Counted from the first letter of the stretch, positions 1 through 9,572 are shown. The stretch is DNA of 64,000 bases from an uncultured Gemmatimonadales bacterium (GCA_963817435.1 CAWFNY010000001.1:26895-90894); one strand, 5' to 3'. Notes: generated by a model from the sequence alone, not told the origin. Numbers and translations: made by a program.

Positions 1-2134
1 TGTTGATCAGCACCTGGATCGGCAGCATCGGCACGAACGGCAGAAAGGCGCTCGCCCCCACCACGCTGAACATGTTACCGAAGCTCGAACTCGCCGCCAT
101 CTTGATGTACTTGATGACGTTGCCGAACACCCGCCGCCCTTCCACCACCCCCTTCTCCAGCACCAGCAGGCTGGTCTCCAGCAGGATGATGTCGCTCGAC
201 TCCTTCGCGATATCCACCGCCGAATTCACCGAGATCCCCACATCCGCCGCCTTGAGCGCCGGCGCATCGTTGATCCCGTCCCCCAGGAATCCGACCACAT
301 GCCCCGCACGCTGCAGCGCATGGATGATCCGCTGCTTGTGCGCCGGCGCCAGCTTCGCGAAGACACTGGTCGCTGCCGCGGCCTCCGCCAGCGCCGTCTC
401 ATCCATCCCCTCGATGTCCGCACCCAGCAGCACCCGGTCCACCGGCATCCCCACCTGCTCGCAGATGTACCGGGTGATGATGTCGTTGTCGCCGGTGAGC
501 ACCTTCACGGCCACCCGCCGGCTCCCCAGCAGCGTGAGCGCGTCCCGCGCCGTCGCCTTCGGCGGGTCCAGGAACGCCAGAAAGCCGAGCAGCGTGAGCC
601 CCGACTCGTCCTTCACCGCGTACACCGGCTCGTCGGGCGCCCCCGGCATCTCCTTGTAGCCGAGCGCGATGACCCGGAAGCCCTGGGCGTTGAGCCCGTG
701 CACGATCTCCTGGCCCGCCGCGATGTCCTCCGGCGTGAGCGCCCGCACGGCGCCATCCACCTCCGCCTGCACGCAGAGCGTCATCAGCTCCTCGACCGCG
801 CCCTTGCAGATCAGGGTGTTGGTTCCGCTGGCATCCTCCACGATGACCGACATCCGCCGCCGCACGAAGTCGAACGGGATCTCGTCGATCTTCCTGTACT
901 TCTCGTTCGCCTTGAGCCGTTCCTCCAGCTCCTCATGATCGAGGATCGCCTCGTCCATGAGGTTCTTGAGGCCGGTGTGGTGATAGCTGTTGAGGTAGCC
1001 GTAGTGCAGCACCCGCTCGCTGACGTGCCCCCGCACGTCCACGTGCCGCTCCAGCACGATCCTCCCCTCGGTGAGCGTGCCGGTCTTGTCGGTGCACAGC
1101 ACATCCATCGCGCCGAGGTTCTGGATCGAGTTGAGCCGCTTGACGATGACCTTCTCCCGCGCCATCGCGAGCGCGCCCTTGGAGAGGTTCACCGTGACGA
1201 TCATCGGCAGCATCTCGGGCGTGAGCCCCACCGCGACGGCCACCGCGAACAGGAACGCCTCCACCCAGTTGCCTCGGCTCAGCCCGTTGGCCAGGAACAC
1301 CGTCGGCACCATCACCCCGATGAATCGGATCATCAGCCAGGTGAAGCCGTTGACCCCCTTGTCGAAGCTGGTGAGCTGCCGGTCCTCGCCGATGCTGCTG
1401 GCGAGCGCACCGAAAAAGGTCCGCTCGCCGGTATGCACCACCACCGCCGTCCCCGCGCCGCTCTCGACGTTGGAGCCCAGGAAACAGACATTCGGCAGTT
1501 CGAGCGGTGAGTCCACCTGCGGCGGGGCAGGGCCGGCCCGCTTCTCCACCGGCATGGCCTCGCCGGTGAGCGCCGACTGATTGAGGAAGAGATCCTTGGT
1601 CGTGAGCAGTCGCACATCGGCTGGCACCATGTCGCCGGCGCCAAGCCGGATCACGTCGCCCGGCACCAGGTCGCCGAGCGGGATCTCCCGCTCCTTGCCG
1701 TCGCGAACCACGGTGGCCGTGCTGCTCACCATCGCCTGCAGCCGCGCCGCGGCGTTGTCGGCCCGCATCTCCTGCACGAAGCGCAGCACCACGCCGAGGA
1801 CCACCATCACCAGCACCACTATCGCCGCCCTGATATCTCCGGTGAGCCAGGAGATCAGGGCGAGAACCAGCAGCAGGATGATGAGGGGGTTCTTGACGTT
1901 GTCGTACAGCAGGAGCGGCTTGGAGCGGCGTTTGCTGCGCGCGATCTGGTTCGGTCCGACCTCGATCAGCCGTCCGGCGGCCTCCGCCTCCGTCAGCCCC
2001 TCGGCCCGGGATGCGAGCCGGCTGAGCACCGTCGCCTCGTCGCACCGCGCCCGTTCCAGCAGCGCCGCGGTGATCCCGGCCTGCTTCCCGTCGTGACCCT
2101 GGTGCGGCTTCGCCGCATGCGCGGGAGCACTCAC
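1..2134 (-). CDS. mgtA: Mg2+-importing P-type ATPase (MgtA-like); the 3' end runs off the left window edge
   Basis: Absent from the ORF track because the frame stays open to the window edge. My own minus-strand translation from the GTG at 2134 gives ...LLYDNVKNPLIILLLVLA...LFLNQSALTGEAMPVEK. The phosphorylation motif DKTGTLT is encoded at 1070-1090(-). The hinge motif GDGINDAPAL is at 254-283(-). All three lie in the same frame. A GTGA start/stop overlap links it to the upstream gene. Confidence 0.85.
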   Translation of the reverse strand, partial: MSAPAHAAKPHQGHDGKQAGITAALLERARCDEATVLSRLASRAEGLTEAEAAGRLIEVGPNQIARSKRRSKPLLLYDNVKNPLIILLLVLALISWLTGDIRAAIVVLVMVVLGVVLRFVQEMRADNAAARLQAMVSSTATVVRDGKEREIPLGDLVPGDVIRLGAGDMVPADVRLLTTKDLFLNQSALTGEAMPVEKRAGPAPPQVDSPLELPNVCFLGSNVESGAGTAVVVHTGERTFFGALASSIGEDRQLTSFDKGVNGFTWLMIRFIGVMVPTVFLANGLSRGNWVEAFLFAVAVAVGLTPEMLPMIVTVNLSKGALAMAREKVIVKRLNSIQNLGAMDVLCTDKTGTLTEGRIVLERHVDVRGHVSERVLHYGYLNSYHHTGLKNLMDEAILDHEELEERLKANEKYRKIDEIPFDFVRRRMSVIVEDASGTNTLICKGAVEELMTLCVQAEVDGAVRALTPEDIAAGQEIVHGLNAQGFRVIALGYKEMPGAPDEPVYAVKDESGLTLLGFLAFLDPPKATARDALTLLGSRRVAVKVLTGDNDIITRYICEQVGMPVDRVLLGADIEGMDETALAEAAAATSVFAKLAPAHKQRIIHALQRAGHVVGFLGDGINDAPALKAADVGISVNSAVDIAKESSDIILLETSLLVLEKGVVEGRRVFGNVIKYIKMAASSSFGNMFSVVGASAFLPFVPMLPIQVLIN

Positions 2135-3105
2135 GCCGCCTTCATCTCCCGGCGCGCCAGCCAGAGCCCCGGAAAGAGCGGCAGCATCAGCGTGAATCCC
2201 CGGAACAGCAGTACCGCGCCGACCCCGGCCGTCGTCGAGACGCCCGTCAGGTGCAGCATGGCGAGCATCGTCGCGTCGAAGGTCCCGAGTCCGCTCGGGA
2301 TGATCGTGAGCGTGGCGACCAGCGAGGCGATCACCAGGGCGGCGAATATTCCGATGATGCCCGCCGTCGTGCCCAGCGCGGCGAGGCAGATGCCGAGTGT
2401 GGCGGCATCGAGCACGAAGATACCGAACTGGAGCAGGGTGGTTTCGAGCAGCAGGGGCGGGTTGCGCAGTGTCTCCCGTGGTGCCTCGTGCAGTTCCACC
2501 AGAAATCCCCGGACCCCGGGGATTCGCATGAGCCAGTCTCGCACCCGGCCCTTCCGTCCCCGCGCCAGCCACAGCAGCGCAATGATCATCGCGGCGATCA
2601 GAAAGGTGGCGACGATCGCGAGCGACAGCAGCCGATGGCTGAGTTCACCGCTCAGCGCGAGCAGCACGATCGCCGTCACCAGCGCCAGCCCGTATGCCAG
2701 GTGGAACCCCAGCAGTCCGACCACCACGGCGGAGACGGCCGCGCCGTCCGGCACGCCGCGTCGCTTGAGCGCGCGCACCACGAGCAGTGTGCCGCTGAGT
2801 CCGGCGGAAGGGACCACCTGGTCCATGAACAGCTTGGCGAGGCCGAGCGGGATGAGCTGCACAATCGACCGGTGGATGCCCTGATGCGCGAGTATCCGGT
2901 GCCACGCGCCGGCGGCGCAGCCGTAGGTGCCGATCTGGAGAATGACCGCGAGGAGGAGCCAGACGGGATGGGCCTGCTTCAGGAGATCCGCGAACCGCAG
3001 CTCTTCGCCCCGTCGCGAGATCACGATGCCTATCACGACCAGCAGCAGGATGCCGCTCAGCCATGCCAGCCAGAGTCGACGAGCCTTGGGTGCGGCCTGC
3101 GCCAT
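2131..3105 (-). CDS. Polytopic membrane protein, lysylphosphatidylglycerol-synthase-TM / flippase-like (UPF0104) family
   Basis: ORF 2131..3168(-). I prefer the internal ATG at 3105 (MAQAAPKARRLWLAWLSGILLLVV...). It has a GGGGAG Shine-Dalgarno-like motif about 10 nt upstream and lies downstream of the leader terminator. The hydrophobic repeat architecture is typical of UPF0104. Confidence 0.65.
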   Translation of the reverse strand: MAQAAPKARRLWLAWLSGILLLVVIGIVISRRGEELRFADLLKQAHPVWLLLAVILQIGTYGCAAGAWHRILAHQGIHRSIVQLIPLGLAKLFMDQVVPSAGLSGTLLVVRALKRRGVPDGAAVSAVVVGLLGFHLAYGLALVTAIVLLALSGELSHRLLSLAIVATFLIAAMIIALLWLARGRKGRVRDWLMRIPGVRGFLVELHEAPRETLRNPPLLLETTLLQFGIFVLDAATLGICLAALGTTAGIIGIFAALVIASLVATLTIIPSGLGTFDATMLAMLHLTGVSTTAGVGAVLLFRGFTLMLPLFPGLWLARREMKAA

Positions 3106-3122
3106 GGCTTCAGAGGCTCCCC

Positions 3123-3159
3123 AAAGACGAAAACGCCCGACCCCTGTTGGGACCGAGCG
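3123..3159 (-). terminator. Leader intrinsic terminator (putative riboswitch expression platform)
   Basis: Minus strand reads CGCTCGGTCCC-AACA-GGGGTCGGGCG, an 11-bp stem with 3 G-U pairs, followed by TTTTCGTCTTT. It sits just upstream of the ATG at 3105. Confidence 0.5.
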
Positions 3160-3290
3160 CCTTACCACGGCCTGGCATCACCCGGTTGCCGTCTCCGGGG
3201 CCCCGAAGGGCTATGTCTCTGACCCGACAAGAATAACCTGGGGTGCCTCCCCGGCGCAACCCCCGACTCGAGTTCCCGCCCCTATAGAGG
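3160..3290 (-). promoter_or_regulatory. Probable M-box (ykoK-type) Mg2+ riboswitch aptamer
   Basis: Minus strand contains ...GGGGAGGCACCCCAGG...GGAGACGGCAACCGGGTGATGCCAGGCCGTGGTAAGGCGCTCGG. This resembles the conserved M-box blocks GAGGC..., GACGC.AAUGGGUCAACAG and GUGCUAAAGCUCUACG as I remember them. It lies in the 5' leader of an mgtA-containing operon. Confidence 0.5.
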
Positions 3291-3339
3291 AAAGGGGCGG
3301 CCGCGGACGGCCACCCCCGAGTTTCCCCCACCCGACGGT

Positions 3340-4440
3340 TCATTGGACCGCCGGCACCACGAGCCTGGCCACCAGTCCCGCATGGTCGCTTGGCCACAGC
3401 AGGTACGCCGGGCCGCGCACCCGGTCGATCGGCCGGTAGCCAATCTTGGTGATCTCACCCGCCACGTTCGCCTCACCATATCCAAAGCCCCGCGCGAAGA
3501 CATAGTCGATCCGCTGGTTGAGGCCGTTCGCCTCATTCGCGAGGTCGCCATCCTGGCAGCAGGTGAAGCCCTCCGACTCCGGCTTCAGACTCCGCCACAC
3601 GTCGGTGAACCCGCCCTGCATCACCACCTGCCACATCGGCGAGTTCTCGAAATCGTTGAAGTCGCCCATCATGATCGCCCGGGGGGCATCGCCCATCGCG
3701 GCGACCAGCTCGGTCGCCTGCGCCGCGCGCAGCATATCGAAGCTGTTGCCGCCCAGGTCCGCTTCAGGATGGGTGCTGGCGATCCGGTACTGCCGCCCCT
3801 CGATCGTCGCCTTCACGGTCACGAAGCCGCGAATCAGGTTGACGCCCGGCGCCACGACGCCGGCATTGTACGCGAAGTTCCGCTCCACCTTCCCGCTGGT
3901 GGTCACCCGCCGGCTGTCCACCAGCAGCACGTCGTAGTCCACCAGGCTGATCCCGGGAACCGGGCTCGCCACGATGTTCTGCACCCTGGCCGCCACCTGA
4001 TAGCGCAGCCCGCGGGCCCGGAGCGCCCGCATGATCGTCTCGAGGAAATCGATATTGTAGATGACCGGGGCGCCGAGTTGCGTGAGGTCGATGTCGATCT
4101 TGGAGACCTCCTGCAACCCGATCACGTGCGGGCGCGCCGCCGCCACCTCCGCGGCGATCGCCGCCGCGCGGGTCGGGAAGTCGGTCTGCTGCAGCACGGC
4201 GATCTGCTGGAGCAGGGTAGGCACGTCGTCGTTCGGATCCGGCGTCGCCAGCGCGATGATGATCTTGTCTACATCAGCGCCCACATACAGGTTCTGCGTC
4301 ATCACCACCACCCGTGCTCCGCTCTCCCCGGCGGGGCCCACGACGTTGCTGGGGCTGGTCGGCGCGGAGCCGGTCTGATCCGAGCATCCGATGAGCAGAG
4401 CACCACAGCCGATCAGCAGGGATTGCGTCAGTCGCCTCAT
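3340..4440 (-). CDS. Endonuclease/exonuclease/phosphatase (EEP) family lipoprotein
   Basis: ORF 3340..4524(-). Start chosen at the ATG at 4440, preceded by AGGAGG. The signal peptide has a lipobox (LLIGC). The motifs VMTQNLY...HVIGLQEV...PSDHAGLVA are typical of EEP proteins. Confidence 0.8.
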   Translation of the reverse strand: MRRLTQSLLIGCGALLIGCSDQTGSAPTSPSNVVGPAGESGARVVVMTQNLYVGADVDKIIIALATPDPNDDVPTLLQQIAVLQQTDFPTRAAAIAAEVAAARPHVIGLQEVSKIDIDLTQLGAPVIYNIDFLETIMRALRARGLRYQVAARVQNIVASPVPGISLVDYDVLLVDSRRVTTSGKVERNFAYNAGVVAPGVNLIRGFVTVKATIEGRQYRIASTHPEADLGGNSFDMLRAAQATELVAAMGDAPRAIMMGDFNDFENSPMWQVVMQGGFTDVWRSLKPESEGFTCCQDGDLANEANGLNQRIDYVFARGFGYGEANVAGEITKIGYRPIDRVRGPAYLLWPSDHAGLVARLVVPAVQ

Positions 4441-4566
4441 ACAGCCTCCTTCATGAAGTACCGGAGCGCAACGGACGTACAACGCGGAGGGGTGCGCCGC
4501 CGATCCCCGGCGATCGTCCGCCAAGGTAAGCGACGCAATCGCCAGATACCTCGAATAGCCGGTGAG

Positions 4567-5859
4567 ATGAACTTCATGCCGTCCCTGCTGGTCGCGCTGC
4601 TCGCCACGGTCGGGGTCTCCCTTCCTGCCGCGCGAGCCCGCCGCCGCGCCCTCGTCGGTCCGCTCCTGCTCGCCCTCGCCTTCGCGAGCCTCACACTGGC
4701 CGCCGGCAGCGACGCCGCAATCGCGACACTTCCGGTTTCCTATACCGCGATCACCGCGGCCCTGCTGCTGATCGCCATCGCGCTGCCGGTCGGCCTGGCC
4801 CTCCTCGCTCTCCGCGATGCCACCTGGCCCCTCGCGCCCAAAGCCGTCGCGTTCGCCGCGGCCCTCGCCGCCATCGGCCTCGGCCTCCGTGAGACGCTGC
4901 CCCTCGCCTCACAGGCCGGCCTCACCACCCTCACCGCGACAGGCGGGCTGATCCTCCTCGCCGGTCTGCTCCGCCTCACCGGTCCCCGGCTCGCCGCCGG
5001 CCTCCGCTGGGCCGATGCGCTGGCCTTTCCGCCGCGCGCCCCCGCCTCCCACCGCTGGGACGGCGTCGCCCGCGGACTCCTCGCCGCCACCCTCGTCGCC
5101 GTGGTGCTGGCCTGCCTCTCGCCCCGGCTCGATCTGCTGCTCCTCGCGGTCGCCGTCGGGGTCATCACCGGCCTCCTTCTCGAGCGGCGGCTCGGCCGCC
5201 TGACTCGGCTTCCCATCGCGACGCCGAGCGCGCTCGTGGCCCTGGGCGTCGCCGGCTATCTCCTGATCCATGTCGCCGGCGACACCCCGCTCACCCTGCG
5301 TGACCTCCTCGAGGCACCCTACAGCAGCGCCTTCGAGGTGCTCACCGTCCTGCTGCTGGGACTCGCCTGCTGGGTCTTTCTCGGGCTCTTCCCCTTCGCC
5401 TCCTCACCCCGCGGTCCGCTCAGCGCCCTGCTCGCCGGGGCTCTGCTCGCCCGCGCCGCCGGGCCCCTCCTCGCCGATGGCTGGGTCCACTGGCAGCCGG
5501 TCTTCTACCTCATACCCACCGTCGCCGCCTGGCACGCCGCCGCTACCCGGCGCGACGAGGAGACGCTCGTCGCTCTTGGCACCCTCGGTCTCCTGTCGGA
5601 GTCCGCGATCGCCGGCTGGTGCGGCATGGCGATCGTCGGAGGAGCGGCGCTCCTCGGCGCCGTCGAATGGCGGGAACTCACCGGCGCCCGTTTCGGCGCC
5701 ACCGGCGACCTGCTGCTTCGCCTGACAGTCGTCGCCGGCGCGACGCTGCTGCCACCACTCCTGCACGGCGCCCTCGCGGCGCAGACGTTCTACACGGTGC
5801 TCACCGTGCTCGGCGTGGCCGGCTCACTCTTTGGGACCAGAGCCGTCCGGCCTCGTTGA
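4567..5859 (+). CDS. Hypothetical Ala/Leu-rich polytopic membrane protein
   Basis: This is the 3' part of track ORF 3343..5859. The 5' part of that ORF is antisense to the EEP gene. The ATG at 4567 ([15 protein letters not shown]...) starts a run of many hydrophobic segments. I recognise no family. Confidence 0.5.
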   Translation: MNFMPSLLVALLATVGVSLPAARARRRALVGPLLLALAFASLTLAAGSDAAIATLPVSYTAITAALLLIAIALPVGLALLALRDATWPLAPKAVAFAAALAAIGLGLRETLPLASQAGLTTLTATGGLILLAGLLRLTGPRLAAGLRWADALAFPPRAPASHRWDGVARGLLAATLVAVVLACLSPRLDLLLLAVAVGVITGLLLERRLGRLTRLPIATPSALVALGVAGYLLIHVAGDTPLTLRDLLEAPYSSAFEVLTVLLLGLACWVFLGLFPFASSPRGPLSALLAGALLARAAGPLLADGWVHWQPVFYLIPTVAAWHAAATRRDEETLVALGTLGLLSESAIAGWCGMAIVGGAALLGAVEWRELTGARFGATGDLLLRLTVVAGATLLPPLLHGALAAQTFYTVLTVLGVAGSLFGTRAVRPR

Positions 5860-5942
5860 CCGCGCCCCCTCACGCGATGATATTGCGACCCGGTCGCCGG
5901 AGTTTTCCCGGCCGGATGCCATCACCCCGTCAGGAGCACCTT

Positions 5943-6557
5943 ATGGCGCACACTCTGCCGCCGCTTCCCTACGCCTACACCGCCCTGGAGCCGCACATCG
6001 ACGAGATGACGATGCGCATCCATCACGATAAGCACCACGCCGCCTACGTGAACAACCTCAATGCGGCGCTGGAACCCCATGCCGCACTGCAGGCCAAGTC
6101 CATCGACGACCTGATCGCCAATCTCGATGCCGTCCCCGAGGCGATCCGCACCGCTGTCCGCAACAACGGCGGCGGCCATCACAACCACACCCTCTTCTGG
6201 GAACTGATGGCCCCCGGCGGCGCCACCGAGCCCCAGGGCGCCCTCGCCGACGCGATCAACAAGACCTTCGGCGATTTCGCCAAGTTCAAGGAAGCCTTCG
6301 CCAAGGCCTGCACCACCCGCTTCGGCAGCGGCTGGGGCTGGCTCGCTCTCAAGAAGGACAAGACTCTCGAGATCTACAGCACCGCGAACCAGGATTCGCC
6401 GGTCATGGAAGGCAAGGTCCCCCTCCTCGGCTGCGACGTCTGGGAGCATGCCTATTATCTGAAGTACCAGAACCGCCGCCCCGACTACGTCACCGCCTGG
6501 TGGAGCGTCGTCAACTGGACCGAAGTGGGCAAGCGCTACGAAAAGGCGATGAAGTGA
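5943..6557 (+). CDS. sodA: Fe/Mn superoxide dismutase
   Basis: [32 protein letters not shown]...[18 protein letters not shown]. The AGGAG motif lies upstream of the ATG at 5943. Confidence 0.95.
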   Translation: MAHTLPPLPYAYTALEPHIDEMTMRIHHDKHHAAYVNNLNAALEPHAALQAKSIDDLIANLDAVPEAIRTAVRNNGGGHHNHTLFWELMAPGGATEPQGALADAINKTFGDFAKFKEAFAKACTTRFGSGWGWLALKKDKTLEIYSTANQDSPVMEGKVPLLGCDVWEHAYYLKYQNRRPDYVTAWWSVVNWTEVGKRYEKAMK

Positions 6558-6566
6558 AGCAGGAGC

Positions 6567-6769
6567 GTTGAGGAGGGAAGAGGGAAGAGGGAAGGGGGGA
6601 GGGGGGAGGGAAGGGAGGGTGACTTGTCATCCCGAGCGTAGCGAGGGATCTCTTCGAGCTCCGAGCCAAACCCCAAGAGATCCCTCGGTCGCTCCGCTTC
6701 CTCGGGATGACATGCTCTTCCCTCTTCCCTCTTCCCTCTTCCCTCTCATCTCTTCCCTCTTCCCTCAAC
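6567..6769. repeat. Composite hairpin repeat, copy A: homopurine arm, 86-bp palindromic core, homopyrimidine arm
   Basis: Purine-only run at 6571-6619 (GAGGGAAGAGGGAAGAGGGAAG...). Core at 6626-6711 (GTCATCCCGAGCGTAGCGAGGGATCTC...GAGATCCCTCGGTCGCTCCGCTTCCTCGGGATGAC). Pyrimidine run at 6715-6766 is the reverse complement of the left arm. The outer GTTGAGG/CCTCAAC pair closes the structure. Confidence 0.85.
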
Positions 6770-6785
6770 ACCAGGGCTCTGAGCA

Positions 6786-7244
6786 ATGCCGTTGCCTTCA
6801 GTTGGCAGTCCCGCCCCTGACTTCAAGCTTGCGTCGACCTCCGGCACGGACGTGACCCTCTCCTCGCTGCGCGGCAAGAACGTGCTGCTCGCATTCTTCC
6901 CGCTCGCCTTCACGGGAACCTGCACGAAGGAGATGTGCGCCTTCACCGAGGATTACGCCCAGTTCCAGAGCGCCAACACCGTCGTGCTCCCGATCAGCGT
7001 GGACTCGGTGGCGACGCTCAAGGCATTCAAGGCCAAGGAGCAGATCGGTGTCGACCTCCTCAGCGACTTCAAGCGTGAGGTCAGCCGCCTCTACGATACT
7101 CTGCTGGAGGACTACTTCTACTCCAGTCGTTCCTATGTCGTGATCGACCGGCAGGGGATCGTGCGCTGGACCTACACCGAGACCACCCCGGGCACCAGGC
7201 GGGAGAACGCCGAACTCCTGGCCCAGCTCAAGCAACTCGCCTGA
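6786..7244 (+). CDS. Peroxiredoxin (AhpC/TSA-Redoxin family, Bcp/AhpE-like)
   Basis: PAPDFKL...GKNVLLAFFPLAFTGTCTKEMC shows the peroxidatic Cys context. Confidence 0.9.
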   Translation: MPLPSVGSPAPDFKLASTSGTDVTLSSLRGKNVLLAFFPLAFTGTCTKEMCAFTEDYAQFQSANTVVLPISVDSVATLKAFKAKEQIGVDLLSDFKREVSRLYDTLLEDYFYSSRSYVVIDRQGIVRWTYTETTPGTRRENAELLAQLKQLA

Positions 7245-7266
7245 GCCACCGAGAGCCCGAGACTGC

Positions 7267-7288
7267 AGGGCGGGCTTCTGCCCGCCCT
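7267..7288 (+). terminator. Hairpin terminator after the peroxiredoxin gene
   Basis: AGGGCGGGC-TTCT-GCCCGCCCT followed by CATCTTTGT. Confidence 0.5.
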
Positions 7289-7301
7289 CATCTTTGTCCC
7301 C

Positions 7302-9572
7302 ATGTCTGAACTTCCCATCGCACTCATCTCCGCCGGCCCCGAGGGCGAGGCCGCCGAGTCCTGGCTCGCCGGGCTTGGCGCGGCGGGGGTGCGCCGGCTT
7401 CGTTCTGCGGCGGAGGTTCCCCACGCCGGCGTCGAGCGGCTCTGGGTCCACGCCACGACCATCGAGCCCACGCTCGAGCTGATCGCCTGGCTGCGCGCCG
7501 GTGGTCGCCTGCTCGCCACCCTCGAGGCCACCGAACTCCCCTATCGCCTCGGCCTCGAGCCGGAGCCGCCCGATGAACGTCGCGAGGGAAGCTGGCGAAA
7601 CGCCGCCGATGAATTCCGTCCCGACACTGCGAGCGGGACGCCCGAACTCCGTCACGCCCGTGGCCTCGTTGCGTTCGGCCCGCACCCGCTCTTTCGCGGA
7701 TTCGGCAATGGCGCGTTCACCTGGGCGCCCGTCGAAGGAGAGCCGTTCCACTGGCTCGCCTATCGCGGCCGCCGCCCCGAGCGCGGCGCCGGGGTCGCGG
7801 TGGAGCGCGTTGGCCGCGCCATTCACGCCCCCCGCTGGGTGGCCTGGGAGTATCAGGTCGGGGAGGGCGGCATCCTCTGCATCGGCGCCTTTGCGCAGCT
7901 CACCGCGTCCGATTCCCGTCTCGCGGATGAGCTGAAGGCGCTGCTCGCCAACGCCCTCCTCGGCGACGCCATCCCGCACAGTACCCGCGACGCGCCGGCC
8001 ACCCACTGGCCCGGTCTCCTGCCTGACGACGAGGAAAGTGCGGTGGTCGCGGCGGGGCAGGGCTCGCCCGCGCACCTCGACGAGATCTGGGATGAGTGGC
8101 CGCCGACCGCATCACCCATTCTCACCGAGTCCGGTGCCCGCGAGGATCGCCCCTGGACGCTTGCCGGTCGCCGCGCGCTGCTCACCGGCAGCGAGCGCGC
8201 CGGCCTGCACGAGATCTGGGTGCACCCCTACCGGCTGGTGAAGGACGCCAGGCTGCTCGTTGATGGCCGGGAGCCGGAGGTGGTCGCCGTCCGCATCGCG
8301 CCTGACGAAGTCGTGCGCGTGCTGCGTCTCGGCGAGGTCGAACTCACCGAGCGCTTCACCGTGGCACTGGAGCAGGGAGTGGTCTTCTGGAGCGTCGTCG
8401 CCGACGGGCCCGTTGCCCTGTCGCTCCGCTGGGAGAGTGATCTCCGCCGGGCCGCGCCCTATCCCGCCCGATCCTCGCAGGCACGGGTGCTGGTCGTGGG
8501 CACTGCCGAGATGCGGGTGACGTTGAGTCACGAACCGGCGACCGCGCAAATCATGGCGGCTGCCGGTGCGCTCACCGCCCACGGCACCCGCTTCGAGGTC
8601 CGCGGCGAGGGGCTCGCCCGCGTGATCCTCGCCGCCGCCTCCACCGAAGCCGAACTCGGTCGCGCGCTCGATGCCCTCAAGCGCCGGAAGCTCCGTGCTT
8701 ATCGCCAGGAGCGGCTGCTCCACGCCCGTCGTCTCGAGGAACGGCTCACCGTCTTCGAGGCGCCCGATCCCGCGCTGGTCCGCGCCTTTGCGTGGGCCAA
8801 GGTCCGGCTCGATCGCACGCTCGCGGAGACGCCCGGCGTCGGCCGCTCGGTGCTCGCCGCCGATCCACCGGAGCGCGCCCGCTATCTCACGCCCGATGCC
8901 TGCCGCGTCGCCGCCGCCTCGCTCGCCGCCGGCGATCGCGAGATCGTTCGCGACGCGCTTCGCTTCCTTGCCCGCGGTCGCGACCGCTCGGGGCGGCCGC
9001 CGCACGAGACCACCACCAGCGGCCTCTCGTGGCACGATGCGCCCGCGAGCGAATCGCGCATCGCTGACCTCGCCGCGCACTATCTCGCCTGGACCGGCGA
9101 TCGCCCGCTGCTCGAGAGGCTCTGGCCGTCTCTCGCGCCGGCGGCATCCGCCGTGCCTTCGATCGTGACGCAGTGGCGTGCAGGAGAGTGGGAGAGCGCG
9201 CTGGGCGCTCTGCATCGTGAAACCGATGATGCCGCGCTGCTCCGCGGCGTAATCGAGGGGCTCTGGGGCGTCGTGCCCGATGCGCTGAACGATGCTCTCG
9301 TGCTCGAGCCATTCCTTCCCGATCCCTGGCACGAGATGACCCTGCGCCGGCTCCGCATCGGCGCCACTATGCTCGATCTCCGGCTTCGCCGCCGCCCCGG
9401 GGCCATCGCACTCCGGGTGGAGAGGATCCAGGGGCCCAGGCTCCGGCTCGCCGTCTCGCTCCGCACCCGCGTCCCGCTCACCGGCCTCACCCTGAACGAC
9501 GAACCGCTCGGCGGGAGCCGAGCGGTCTTTGATATCGGGGCGGAGGACGAGGTGCGCTGGCTTACTTCGTGA
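7302..9572 (+). CDS. Large hypothetical protein (756 aa); possible GATase1-like N-terminus and degenerate glycogen-debranching / six-hairpin glycosidase-like C-terminus
   Basis: Long ORF with GC3-biased codons. Only weak family resemblance (HEIWVHPYR..., alpha/alpha-barrel-like C-terminal half). Its 3' end overlaps the convergent ALDH gene by 11 nt. Confidence 0.55.
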   Translation: MSELPIALISAGPEGEAAESWLAGLGAAGVRRLRSAAEVPHAGVERLWVHATTIEPTLELIAWLRAGGRLLATLEATELPYRLGLEPEPPDERREGSWRNAADEFRPDTASGTPELRHARGLVAFGPHPLFRGFGNGAFTWAPVEGEPFHWLAYRGRRPERGAGVAVERVGRAIHAPRWVAWEYQVGEGGILCIGAFAQLTASDSRLADELKALLANALLGDAIPHSTRDAPATHWPGLLPDDEESAVVAAGQGSPAHLDEIWDEWPPTASPILTESGAREDRPWTLAGRRALLTGSERAGLHEIWVHPYRLVKDARLLVDGREPEVVAVRIAPDEVVRVLRLGEVELTERFTVALEQGVVFWSVVADGPVALSLRWESDLRRAAPYPARSSQARVLVVGTAEMRVTLSHEPATAQIMAAAGALTAHGTRFEVRGEGLARVILAAASTEAELGRALDALKRRKLRAYRQERLLHARRLEERLTVFEAPDPALVRAFAWAKVRLDRTLAETPGVGRSVLAADPPERARYLTPDACRVAAASLAAGDREIVRDALRFLARGRDRSGRPPHETTTSGLSWHDAPASESRIADLAAHYLAWTGDRPLLERLWPSLAPAASAVPSIVTQWRAGEWESALGALHRETDDAALLRGVIEGLWGVVPDALNDALVLEPFLPDPWHEMTLRRLRIGATMLDLRLRRRPGAIALRVERIQGPRLRLAVSLRTRVPLTGLTLNDEPLGGSRAVFDIGAEDEVRWLTS

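Noticed and set aside
3343-5859. 838-aa ORF 3343..5859(+) as a single gene
   Set aside because: Its first roughly 400 codons are antisense to the well-supported EEP lipoprotein gene, and the translation there is Arg/His/Pro-rich. Only the part from the ATG at 4567 looks like a genuine membrane protein.
6568-6855. ORF 6568..6855(+) (…GRVTCHPERSEGSLRAPSQTPRDPSVAPLPRDDM…) and 6511..6786(-)
   Set aside because: These are translations of the palindromic repeat. The same artefactual peptide arises from copy B. The real peroxiredoxin start at 6786 lies inside the ORF in another frame.
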